DNA from: Planctomycetota bacterium
GTDB lineage: Bacteria > Planctomycetota > GCA-002687715 > DRQF01
Reading direction: 5' to 3'
Length of the DNA: 24,728 nt
Assembly (NCBI GenBank): GCA_027001995.1
Contig: JALTLO010000094.1
Coordinates: forward strand, 31,288 to 56,015
Shown here: piece by piece, positions 1 through 7,727 of the stretch
Layout: the number at the start of each line of letters is the position of its first letter
How positions within the stretch are numbered: the stretch's first letter is position 1
Translations under genes and position numbers: made by a program
The notes under the pieces: model-generated
Told to the model about the DNA's origin: nothing
The model's database searches: none
Seen by the model: only the letters and a program-made list of their open reading frames with translations

Positions 1-1
1 G

Positions 2-1999
2 TCCGTCCCCAACGACAAGATCGGTCAGGCCATCTCCATCCATGTCCGCCCCATCCATCACCGTATTCCCCAAGGTTGGGGTCGGAAAGGAAACGGGAGC
101 AGCGAAACCAGTGCCGAGATTCTCGACGATCTCAATGACAGTGGTGCCGGAGGTGCCAGAATCGAAGGCCACATCGAGGTCCCCATCGTCGTCTAAATCG
201 CGCAAGCGACTGATGTTGTTCTGTGGTTCAGAACTGAAACCAGACGTTGCAAGAATTTCTGCTGTGAACCCAAGGTTGCCATCATTATGTAAGATCGCGA
301 CCATGAAGGGAGTTGAGCTCGAATAAGCCAGTAAATCCACAACACCGTCGCCATCAACATCACCAGCATCGACAGGCCGCCATCCAGGGTAGAGATCAAG
401 GGGTGAAGCATATTGGCCAGGGGCAGTCCCGAGCCATGGCCCACCCACAGTCAAGACATCCTTGACCCCATCGCCATTGATATCCACAAAGGGTGTCCTG
501 CTTCCGTCTTGAATGTTCATTCTCTCCCCTGGGGGAGCTGCGGCCCCCACGTCAAGAAAGCCATTTTCAATGGTCCCTTGCAGAAGGCGCATCTCATGAA
601 AGATCGGAATCATGAATGGACCAGGAGACTCCAAGTAGGCCACTAGATAGTCGGAAATACCATCTTGATTGAAGTCGCGCACCATGACGTCGCCGTCGTA
701 GAAGAACATGCCGGGAGGTTGGGGAAATCCCTTGTTCTCCAAGACAAATTCTCCGCGGCCATTATTGATTTGAACGTTTCCTCCTGATCCAACCAAGTCA
801 AGGTCTCCGTCTAGATCGAAATCGATGAGTTCGTTGGCAAACGATAGAACCGGGAGGTGATGGTCGACCGCCGATCCTTCTCCGAACCAAATATCGTTGG
901 CACCCACGAAGTCAATAAAACCGTCGCTGTTGAGATCAGCGAAACCTGCCCCTCCATTCGCCAGGCCACTGATTGGCCGACTAAAGGCAAGGGAGAATGT
1001 CGCCGCACCGTCATTCGTGAGAAGGCTATAGTCCCCGCCAAAATCAGGACTTCCCCGAACGAATGCATCCACGTCCCCATCACTATCCCAATCAGCATGA
1101 AAAATAGGACCTAAAGCAACGCCTGGCTGAAGAGTGGCTGGACTAACGGTCCAAGGCTGCGCCCCACCATTGAGAGCGACGTTCGTTCGAATTCCTCCTA
1201 CCGCGCTTTCATGACAGAAAACGTCAATCAATCCATCCTCATTGAAATCGCCCAAACTAAGCCGCGGATCGTTGCTCAAAGGCAATATCAAGTCGACGCC
1301 ATCTGTCACGTCTCCGGCAACCGTAGGGAAGAGCATAAGAGCGGAAGGAGCCACTCCCGACCCAGCAATGTCGATTGTGCCATCACCATCCACGTCGAGA
1401 ACCTCTAAAGCGAAGGGGCCATTACTCAGCAAAGGAAAGACCAAACCAATGGAAGGGGAAAAACTATTCCCAACCATGCTGATGAACCAACGCAGTCTCT
1501 TCACGCCGAGAGTTTCGTCGTAACTCAAGATCGCCAAGTCTTGGCGCCCATCACCATTGACATCAGCCGCCTTCATCGAGAAGACACCCCCTTCAAGCCC
1601 AACGAAGATGGGTACACCAAAGTTCCCCCCGGACAACCCTGGATGCAGATAGAAACCTGGACCAGTTGGCACCGAGCCACTGGGAACAGGGACTACCAGA
1701 TCCGCCACGCCGTCTCCGTTTACGTCAGCCACCAAAGAAGGGCGGGCTGAGTTGGAAAACAAAGGCGTCTGGGGACCGTCAACAAAAGCACCTTGGCCAT
1801 CATTCAACAGGACCGTGACTGTGCCCTGAAGCATCAAAGACGTATTTGCGCGAAGTAAATCCTGATCACCATCACCATCAAAATCGGCGACAAAAAGAAT
1901 GTTGCCATCCATTTCCTGGGGAGCAGCAAAGAAGTTCTGAGCTTGGGATATGGAAGCCAACAACGAAAGGAATCCAAGGATAAGGCATAGTCTCTTCAT
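2..1999 (-). CDS. Secreted FG-GAP/VCBS-repeat (integrin-alpha-like beta-propeller) protein, 3' end beyond the window
   Basis: Hand-translated; not in the ORF track because there is no stop in the window. ATG at 1999 with GGAG at 2006-2009 (minus strand). Signal peptide MKRLCLILGFLSLLASISQA|Q. Open for 666 codons to base 2. 13 Dx[DN]xDG-type repeats, e.g. ADFDGDGDQDLL, ADVNGDGVADLV, ADVNGDGRQDLA, GDFNEDGLIDVF, GDVDGDGVVDLL, ADMDGDGLTDLV. Confidence 0.92.
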   Translation of the reverse strand, partial: MKRLCLILGFLSLLASISQAQNFFAAPQEMDGNILFVADFDGDGDQDLLRANTSLMLQGTVTVLLNDGQGAFVDGPQTPLFSNSARPSLVADVNGDGVADLVVPVPSGSVPTGPGFYLHPGLSGGNFGVPIFVGLEGGVFSMKAADVNGDGRQDLAILSYDETLGVKRLRWFISMVGNSFSPSIGLVFPLLSNGPFALEVLDVDGDGTIDIAGSGVAPSALMLFPTVAGDVTDGVDLILPLSNDPRLSLGDFNEDGLIDVFCHESAVGGIRTNVALNGGAQPWTVSPATLQPGVALGPIFHADWDSDGDVDAFVRGSPDFGGDYSLLTNDGAATFSLAFSRPISGLANGGAGFADLNSDGFIDFVGANDIWFGEGSAVDHHLPVLSFANELIDFDLDGDLDLVGSGGNVQINNGRGEFVLENKGFPQPPGMFFYDGDVMVRDFNQDGISDYLVAYLESPGPFMIPIFHEMRLLQGTIENGFLDVGAAAPPGERMNIQDGSRTPFVDINGDGVKDVLTVGGPWLGTAPGQYASPLDLYPGWRPVDAGDVDGDGVVDLLAYSSSTPFMVAILHNDGNLGFTAEILATSGFSSEPQNNISRLRDLDDDGDLDVAFDSGTSGTTVIEIVENLGTGFAAPVSFPTPTLGNTVMDGADMDGDGLTDLVVGDG

Positions 2000-2191
2000 G
2001 ATTTTCTCCGGCTTGGTGACAACCATGAGAATAGCCCAAACTTGCGTCTTTGAATACAGTGGTCTGCCAAATTCACCACTTCGAAGTAGAAGCCGTCCTC
2101 GGGGTTCAGTCTTGAATAGCGCGCAGAACCGAAGCGCCTCCGATATGGCCATTCCGATTTACTCGTCCGGAATCCGTGTTTGGAAATCACG

Positions 2192-2270
2192 ATTCACTGA
2201 TGAAATCGAAATATCTTGTTTCTCCCTGGGGCTAAGCTCTACATTTCGATTCGAAGATTGATCAGTGAGT
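2192..2270. promoter_or_regulatory. Nested imperfect inverted repeat in the divergent intergenic region (operator or leader hairpin)
   Basis: ATTCACTGAT (2192-2201) pairs with ATCAGTGAGT (2261-2270, one G:U). AATCGAAAT (2204-2212) pairs perfectly with ATTTCGATT (2243-2251). Ends 33 nt before the ATG at 2304. Confidence 0.35.
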
Positions 2271-2303
2271 TGCAGACGTTTCACAACCAGCGAGGAAGAG
2301 ACC

Positions 2304-3971
2304 ATGAAACTACTTGGCATTTGCACCTTTATGGCCACATTCTGTACGTTCGCCCTAGCCCAATTGCCCTATACCACCACCACGTATCTGGACGGTTTCG
2401 GAGCAGACACAGCCATAGGAACTGTCAAGGCGGTTGGCGACGTGAATGGTGACGGCATCATCGACTATGCCATTCCTTTGCATCACAGCAACGTGGCACC
2501 TGGAGGAGTTTGGGATGAGGTGAGCGTCTACTCAGGGGCGGACGATTTCCTTATTCACAGTTTTGCCAGCACAGTTGCGTATCAGAATTTTGGTGTGGCA
2601 ATCGCTGCCGGCGGCGACCTCAACAATGACGGCTTTGATGACATCCTTGTGGGCTCAAGCTGGTGGGGATCAGGGGCGCTCGCCACCGCCGGCCAGGTCA
2701 TCTCCTACTCCGGCTTAGACGGCACAGTCATCCATACAGTTCTTGGTTTGGGTGCTGGTGCGCAATTCGGCGCATCGATTGTGGGCTTGGGTGACATCAA
2801 TGGCGATGGGCATGGGGACTACTTGGCGGGCGCACCCTATTTTCAGAATGCCAGCTTGACGCAAGGAGGCTATGCCCAGGTTGTGTCCGGGATTGACGGC
2901 AGCGCCATTTTTACTTTCTATGGGCCGAATTCGAGTCGCGCCGGAAAGAGCATCGACATCATTGGCGACATCAACGGAGACGGCATAGCTGACTTTGGAA
3001 TTTCCGAACCCCAATTCGCATTTCCGCTTTCGACTCCCATCGGTCGTGTCCGCATCCGCTCTGGGGCTGACGGCACTGTGATTCACGCCATCTTTGGGAC
3101 CCAACCTCTCATTGGAGGATCAAATTGGTCCGTTCGTGGAGTCGACGATTTAGACGGCGACGGCGTTCCCGACTTCGCCATTGGCCAACCTCGCCATGTC
3201 AATGCAGCACCAGTCACAAGAGGCCGCATCCGCATCTTCTCAGGAGCAACCGGCATACCTTTTAGATCGATCAAGAGTTCAGTTCCAGGGACGATGCCCG
3301 GCAGTTTCAATTTTGGTGCAGAATTTGAAAGCGTTGGAGACATGGATGGTGACGGTGTTGCAGATATCGCGAGCTGGGACGGTATGCTTCCCTTTATTCG
3401 AGCCATCGTTTATTCGGGGGCAACAACGGCCAACCTCAAGACCTTCCCACCCCCGAAGGACGGTGGAATCAAGAGCATCTCCTCGATCGGTGATCAAAAC
3501 GGAGACAACATGGAAGAGATCGCCGTCATTTCACATTCGGCGCTATCGTTCACAACTGACCTTGAGCTCAGAATTTATAAGAGCGGCATCAAGCCCATCG
3601 AGTTTTACCAATCGGCATCTGGCATGGCGCCGTCGTTGTCACTGAACTGGATCCCCGAATCCGGGCATATCCTTGACTCCTCTGGCAGGCTCAGAATATC
3701 CGGGGCCACACCCCAGGCCCAAGGTGTGGTTTTGGTCAGCTTGGCTCCAGGGGACATTCCAATCTTTGGCACTGACCTCTTGGTTGCGGTCGACCAAACA
3801 AACCTCTCACTTCTTGCCCAGCTCAACGCCAACGCCGCGGGGGTCTTTACTATTTATGAAGTGACACGGCGCGTCCCTGCACTCGCCGGCATATCTACTT
3901 ACGTCCAAGTGTACGAAACCACTCCAACAGTTCGGGCATCCCGGGGAATCCGTTTTAGAGTCATTCCTTAA
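2304..3971 (+). CDS. Secreted FG-GAP (integrin-alpha-like) seven-bladed beta-propeller protein with an extra C-terminal beta-rich domain
   Basis: Start placed at ATG 2304 (GAGGAAG upstream; signal peptide MKLLGICTFMATFCTFALA|Q). Seven Ca-binding-type repeats: GDVNGDG, GDLNNDG, GDINGDG twice, DDLDGDG, GDMDGDG, GDQNGDN. FG..I and GAP-like motifs (FGASI...LAGAPY) and repeated YSG.DG/SGADG elements. Confidence 0.92.
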   Translation: MKLLGICTFMATFCTFALAQLPYTTTTYLDGFGADTAIGTVKAVGDVNGDGIIDYAIPLHHSNVAPGGVWDEVSVYSGADDFLIHSFASTVAYQNFGVAIAAGGDLNNDGFDDILVGSSWWGSGALATAGQVISYSGLDGTVIHTVLGLGAGAQFGASIVGLGDINGDGHGDYLAGAPYFQNASLTQGGYAQVVSGIDGSAIFTFYGPNSSRAGKSIDIIGDINGDGIADFGISEPQFAFPLSTPIGRVRIRSGADGTVIHAIFGTQPLIGGSNWSVRGVDDLDGDGVPDFAIGQPRHVNAAPVTRGRIRIFSGATGIPFRSIKSSVPGTMPGSFNFGAEFESVGDMDGDGVADIASWDGMLPFIRAIVYSGATTANLKTFPPPKDGGIKSISSIGDQNGDNMEEIAVISHSALSFTTDLELRIYKSGIKPIEFYQSASGMAPSLSLNWIPESGHILDSSGRLRISGATPQAQGVVLVSLAPGDIPIFGTDLLVAVDQTNLSLLAQLNANAAGVFTIYEVTRRVPALAGISTYVQVYETTPTVRASRGIRFRVIP

Positions 3972-4009
3972 GAAGACAAACGTAGACGTCAGGACTCATC
4001 AATAAAGCA

Positions 4010-4055
4010 GCCATGCTGCGTTCTCAAGGGAGAACCAGCATGGCACTTTTCTTTT
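4010..4055 (+). terminator. Rho-independent terminator between convergent genes, possibly bidirectional
   Basis: GCCATGCTG-C-GTTCTC-AAGG-GAGAAC-CAGCATGGC: 15-bp stem with one bulge, followed by ACTTTTCTTTT. An A-rich tract (AATAAA) lies on the left side. Confidence 0.75.
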
Positions 4056-4079
4056 GTGTTGTGTGGTGACAACCAAAGA

Positions 4080-5192
4080 TTATTGAACCGCCAGCACAAT
4101 GGCAGCGATAACGGCGAGAATACCTATCACAGTGAAGAAAATCTTCAAAGCAGAATAAGGTCTCTCCCCTTGGACTTCCCCAGTCCTAGCATTGACCACC
4201 ATGCGGTAGGTCTTGTCTTTGTACTTGAATGCACTGATCCACACCGGCAACAAGACATGTTTGAACGTCAGGTTGTCATGCCTTGTGGTGCAAGTCGATA
4301 TCTGCTGGTGGTCGCCGCCGATGTCGGCACAAACAACTGCTCGAATCTTCACGTCCATAATTGCCTTAGCGACTTGAAAACCATCCACCAACGTCACTTG
4401 GTAAGTCTCAGCTTTGAAGCCTGAGAGATAGGATTCCTCGAAAGGTCTTAATTCTTCTAAGTCCCAAGGTGCCAGCTCTTGCAAGTACTTTTGGGGTAAA
4501 GCCTTGCTTCCTGTCACAAGAACATCGTCGAAAGGCACAAAAACGCGCCCACTGGCGTGAGACCACCTGGTCCTGCGCACCTGCCGCGTTTGAGTTTGAG
4601 CGTTGCCATCCGAATCACGGGTGGTGTAGGTTTCCGTAACCCAATAATCGTCACCTCTTTGCCCGGTGTAGCTGCTCTCCGTCTCCGCATCGTAGGTCCA
4701 GTAGGGCAAATAGACCCCATCGAAGCGGCCGTCTTCCCGGGCGCGTTCAGTCAGAGCTGACGGTGCGAACCACAATTTTCCGAGCCAAGCTTTATATTGC
4801 TTGCGGGCATCTTGGGCGTCCAAGCGAAAAGGCAACAAGCTTTCTGGTTTGATAACGCGACGGGTACTACCGCCTTCTGTAACAATATTGGAATCACAAA
4901 ATGGGCAAGAGAATGCCGCCAGATTGGGTGGTCTCTCAATTTCCGCTGCACAAGCATCGCACTTGACGAGACTCTGGTCTACTGCAGGCGCTTCTGCTTC
5001 GAGTTTACTCAAATAAGTGTGAAAATCGAGTTCTTCAACCTGCTCTTCGGAAACCTCAATGATGTTTTCATGACCGCAATATTGGCAAAGGAGATTCTCG
5101 GTACCAGGTTGATATTCCAGCTTGGCACCACAAGATCCACAGGGAAACCGATGTTCCTGGGGAGCCTCGGCTTCTGAGTATTCTTCCCCCAT
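4080..5192 (-). CDS. Zinc-ribbon membrane protein (YdjG-like; family often mis-annotated as primosomal protein N')
   Basis: Four CxxC pairs (CGSC, CQYC, CDAC, CPFC); GVYLPYWTYD, FDDVLV and LLPVW...VNARTGEV.GERP motifs; C-terminal TM helix. Begins 2 nt after the SPFH gene stop. Confidence 0.85.
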   Translation of the reverse strand: MGEEYSEAEAPQEHRFPCGSCGAKLEYQPGTENLLCQYCGHENIIEVSEEQVEELDFHTYLSKLEAEAPAVDQSLVKCDACAAEIERPPNLAAFSCPFCDSNIVTEGGSTRRVIKPESLLPFRLDAQDARKQYKAWLGKLWFAPSALTERAREDGRFDGVYLPYWTYDAETESSYTGQRGDDYWVTETYTTRDSDGNAQTQTRQVRRTRWSHASGRVFVPFDDVLVTGSKALPQKYLQELAPWDLEELRPFEESYLSGFKAETYQVTLVDGFQVAKAIMDVKIRAVVCADIGGDHQQISTCTTRHDNLTFKHVLLPVWISAFKYKDKTYRMVVNARTGEVQGERPYSALKIFFTVIGILAVIAAIVLAVQ

Positions 5193-5194
5193 AT

Positions 5195-6313
5195 TTAGGC
5201 ACCCGGAGCTGCTGGAGGTGCTGGAGGAATAGGGGGTGGCACTTGACCCAGAACAGAAACAAGTGCCGGCACATCCTTTGCCATTTGCCAGTTGGCCATG
5301 CCTTCAGTCCACACCATGGATTCTCTGGTAAGTCGCCCAGCTAGGGCCTGTTGTTTCAAGGTGTCCATATTGAAAGGGCCTGTTTGAGCACCATCAACAG
5401 CCACCCAATAGGTGCTTGGTTGTTGGATCGGAGGTGGCATGGCGCCAGAAGATTGAGGCTGATTCATGTTCTGCCCCATTTGATTAGCCATGGCAAAACC
5501 CATACCCATGCCCATGCCACCTGCGGCCATCCCGCCAGGATTCTCTGCGGCTTTCTCCATCGCTTCAGCAGCCTGGAATTGAGTGTAGGCCGCAAGATTG
5601 CCAATGACCCCCATGCTAGAGCGCTTGTCCAATGCCTCTTCGACTGCGGGAGGTAAGGAGATGTTCTCCACCAAGAGCGAACTCATGATCAAGCCATACC
5701 CTTCAAACTCTGGGGCCATTCTCTCTCTTAAGAATTCGCCAAGCTCGTCGTAGTTCGCTGCAAGGTCGAGGACAGGTATCTTGCTCTCTCCAAGCAAGTC
5801 CGTGAAACGGGAGACCAAATGGTTGCGTAGCTGTCCAGTAATTTCATCGGTGGTGAAAGTCCCATCGGTGCCGACGACCTCCCGGATGAAGACAGCCGGG
5901 TCGTCCACTTTGATGACGTAAGTACCGAACGCTCGCAAGCGGATCGGACCGAACTCCGGGTCTCTGAGCATGATGGGATTTTTGGTGCCCCACCTGAGAT
6001 CAGTGAAGCGCCTGGTATTGACAAAGTAGACTTCAGCCTTGAACGGGCTTTCGAATCCGTACTTCCATCCCTTCAGCGTCGAAAGAATGGGTATATTCTG
6101 GGTCTCTAAGGTGTAGGTGCCTGGAGTAAAAACATCGGCCATCTGTCCTTCATTGACAAAAACAGCCGCTTGACCTTCTCGAACGACCAGCTTGGCGCCA
6201 TACTTGATTTCATTGCCATAGCGTTCGAATCGATGGACGAGCGTTTCAGTGTCACCACCTAGCCACTCGACAATATCGATAAACTCGCCGCGAATTTTGT
6301 CCCATAGACCCAT
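5195..6313 (-). CDS. SPFH/Band-7 domain protein (YdjI/'virion core protein'-like) with C-terminal GYF_2 (DUF4339) domain
   Basis: AAGGAGG RBS at 6321-6327. Motifs LVVREGQAAVFV, PGTYTLETQNIP, SPFKAEVYFVN and WGTKNPI..RDPEFG. Gly/Met-rich linker. C-terminal YWVAVDGAQTGPF...MVWTEGMANW is GYF_2-like, followed by a proline-rich tail. Confidence 0.92.
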   Translation of the reverse strand: MGLWDKIRGEFIDIVEWLGGDTETLVHRFERYGNEIKYGAKLVVREGQAAVFVNEGQMADVFTPGTYTLETQNIPILSTLKGWKYGFESPFKAEVYFVNTRRFTDLRWGTKNPIMLRDPEFGPIRLRAFGTYVIKVDDPAVFIREVVGTDGTFTTDEITGQLRNHLVSRFTDLLGESKIPVLDLAANYDELGEFLRERMAPEFEGYGLIMSSLLVENISLPPAVEEALDKRSSMGVIGNLAAYTQFQAAEAMEKAAENPGGMAAGGMGMGMGFAMANQMGQNMNQPQSSGAMPPPIQQPSTYWVAVDGAQTGPFNMDTLKQQALAGRLTRESMVWTEGMANWQMAKDVPALVSVLGQVPPPIPPAPPAAPGA

Positions 6314-6479
6314 GGGAAATCCTCCTTAGAATTAGTTTGGACGCTATGATACCCGAAGGAACCGCATCTTGTCCTGGAAAGCGCTTCTGATTCGTGCAGG
6401 AACCTGATTATTTGTGAATAATAGGCCATCGTGGGCCGAATGGTGTTTCGTCAAATGTCAGCTCCAAGGAGGTGTTTTC

Positions 6480-7727
6480 TTGAGTGGTTTCCTAAGATTC
6501 TTTGCCGGAATAGCCTTCTGGACCGCCCTATTGGGTCTTTCCTGGCATTTTCTAAGCCATAACGGAGAAGCTGCCGCCGCCAGCAAGCGTCTGATCGATC
6601 ACTTGCAAAACGAACCGCAGGTTTTTGCCGCCACTTTCCCCCTCTCTGCCCCTCTCGAGGCCGGTAACCCTGTGCGCGTCCGGGTGAAAAACGGATTCTT
6701 CGCCGCCGGCGTTGTGCGTTCGGTGGCGAATACGGAAACAGCCCAACTGGCTCAGATTGCGATTTTTCCGGAGTACACGCCTCTCATGGGAGCTGGCACC
6801 AAATTGGTCGCCGCACGGACCTCGGGAGACGTCGGTTGGGTCGTCCGCACGCTTCTTCCCAAGAAAACTCAAGGAGAGCTCCGCAAGATCATCGAAGAAC
6901 GATGGGGTCGGGAAAAGGACAAACTCTTCCGCGATCTCAGCCCTGGAATCGTCCGTCTTATGGAGGATGCTTTGGCCTTGGTGCAAGAGGAGCTTCCGGA
7001 CGTCACCCACACAAACAAACATGATTTCGATGTCATCGGTGTCGTCCTCAAAGAGAAAGGCTGGGAAAACCATATTGAAGACATCTTTTCCGCAGTTCTA
7101 TGGCCATTGATACAGGAGCGTTCTGAACCCATGTTGAACGACATGGGCGATGAAATCGTCGATGCCTTCCCGGTGTGGTCCATGTCCTGGGCCTACTTAG
7201 CCGAGTCAATCCCATTCACCGACAAGGACCGCTTCGAGAAGAAAGTTCGCAAGTTCATCAAGAAGAAAGCCATACCCATTCTCGCGAAGCGCCAATCAGC
7301 CCTCAAATCTATGGCAGCCGGGGCCCTCAAAGACACACTCAAGGAAGAACGCACAGTCGAAGCTTTACAAAAGGCGGGGGAAGAAATCACGGCAGATCCC
7401 CGCTTCCGAGCCGCAGCCACCAACATTGCCAAGGCCCTTTTCTTGGAGAATCCTAAGTTCCAAATCCTGGTCAAAAGTATCCTCGCGCGGGACGACCTAC
7501 GTCAACCCGTTGATCGCTTCATCGAATCATTTGAACCAGCCATTAGAAGCGCGGCGAACCGCTTGCTCATGAATGAAAGAAGAGACGGTATCAATCCCGA
7601 CTTGGCCCGAGTCCTGCGCAGGAAACTACTAAAAGAAGATGAAGACTGGGTGCTCCTTGACCTGGAAGATGGTTCCACCGGCGAGATCCCTGCAACCCTA
7701 CCAGGCTCAGATGGGGGACGCAGATGA
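6480..7727 (+). CDS. Divergent MCE/MlaD-like membrane-anchored protein with a long helical C-terminal region
   Basis: AAGGAGGT at 6466-6473 supports a TTG start at 6480. N-terminal TM helix, then FAATFPLSAPLEAGNPVRV...AGVVRSV...AQIAIFPEY, which matches the MCE pattern (A.F...L..G.PV...G.V..V...I.I). Stop overlaps the next start (ATGA at 7724-7727). Confidence 0.7.
   Translation: MSGFLRFFAGIAFWTALLGLSWHFLSHNGEAAAASKRLIDHLQNEPQVFAATFPLSAPLEAGNPVRVRVKNGFFAAGVVRSVANTETAQLAQIAIFPEYTPLMGAGTKLVAARTSGDVGWVVRTLLPKKTQGELRKIIEERWGREKDKLFRDLSPGIVRLMEDALALVQEELPDVTHTNKHDFDVIGVVLKEKGWENHIEDIFSAVLWPLIQERSEPMLNDMGDEIVDAFPVWSMSWAYLAESIPFTDKDRFEKKVRKFIKKKAIPILAKRQSALKSMAAGALKDTLKEERTVEALQKAGEEITADPRFRAAATNIAKALFLENPKFQILVKSILARDDLRQPVDRFIESFEPAIRSAANRLLMNERRDGINPDLARVLRRKLLKEDEDWVLLDLEDGSTGEIPATLPGSDGGRR

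Noticed and set aside
42..1750. Numerous short ORFs in the track over 1-2000
   Set aside because: They are antisense or off-frame shadows of the uninterrupted minus-strand FG-GAP gene.
4080..5192. Primosomal protein N' / helicase annotation
   Set aside because: No Walker A or helicase motifs; only zinc ribbons and a TM anchor.
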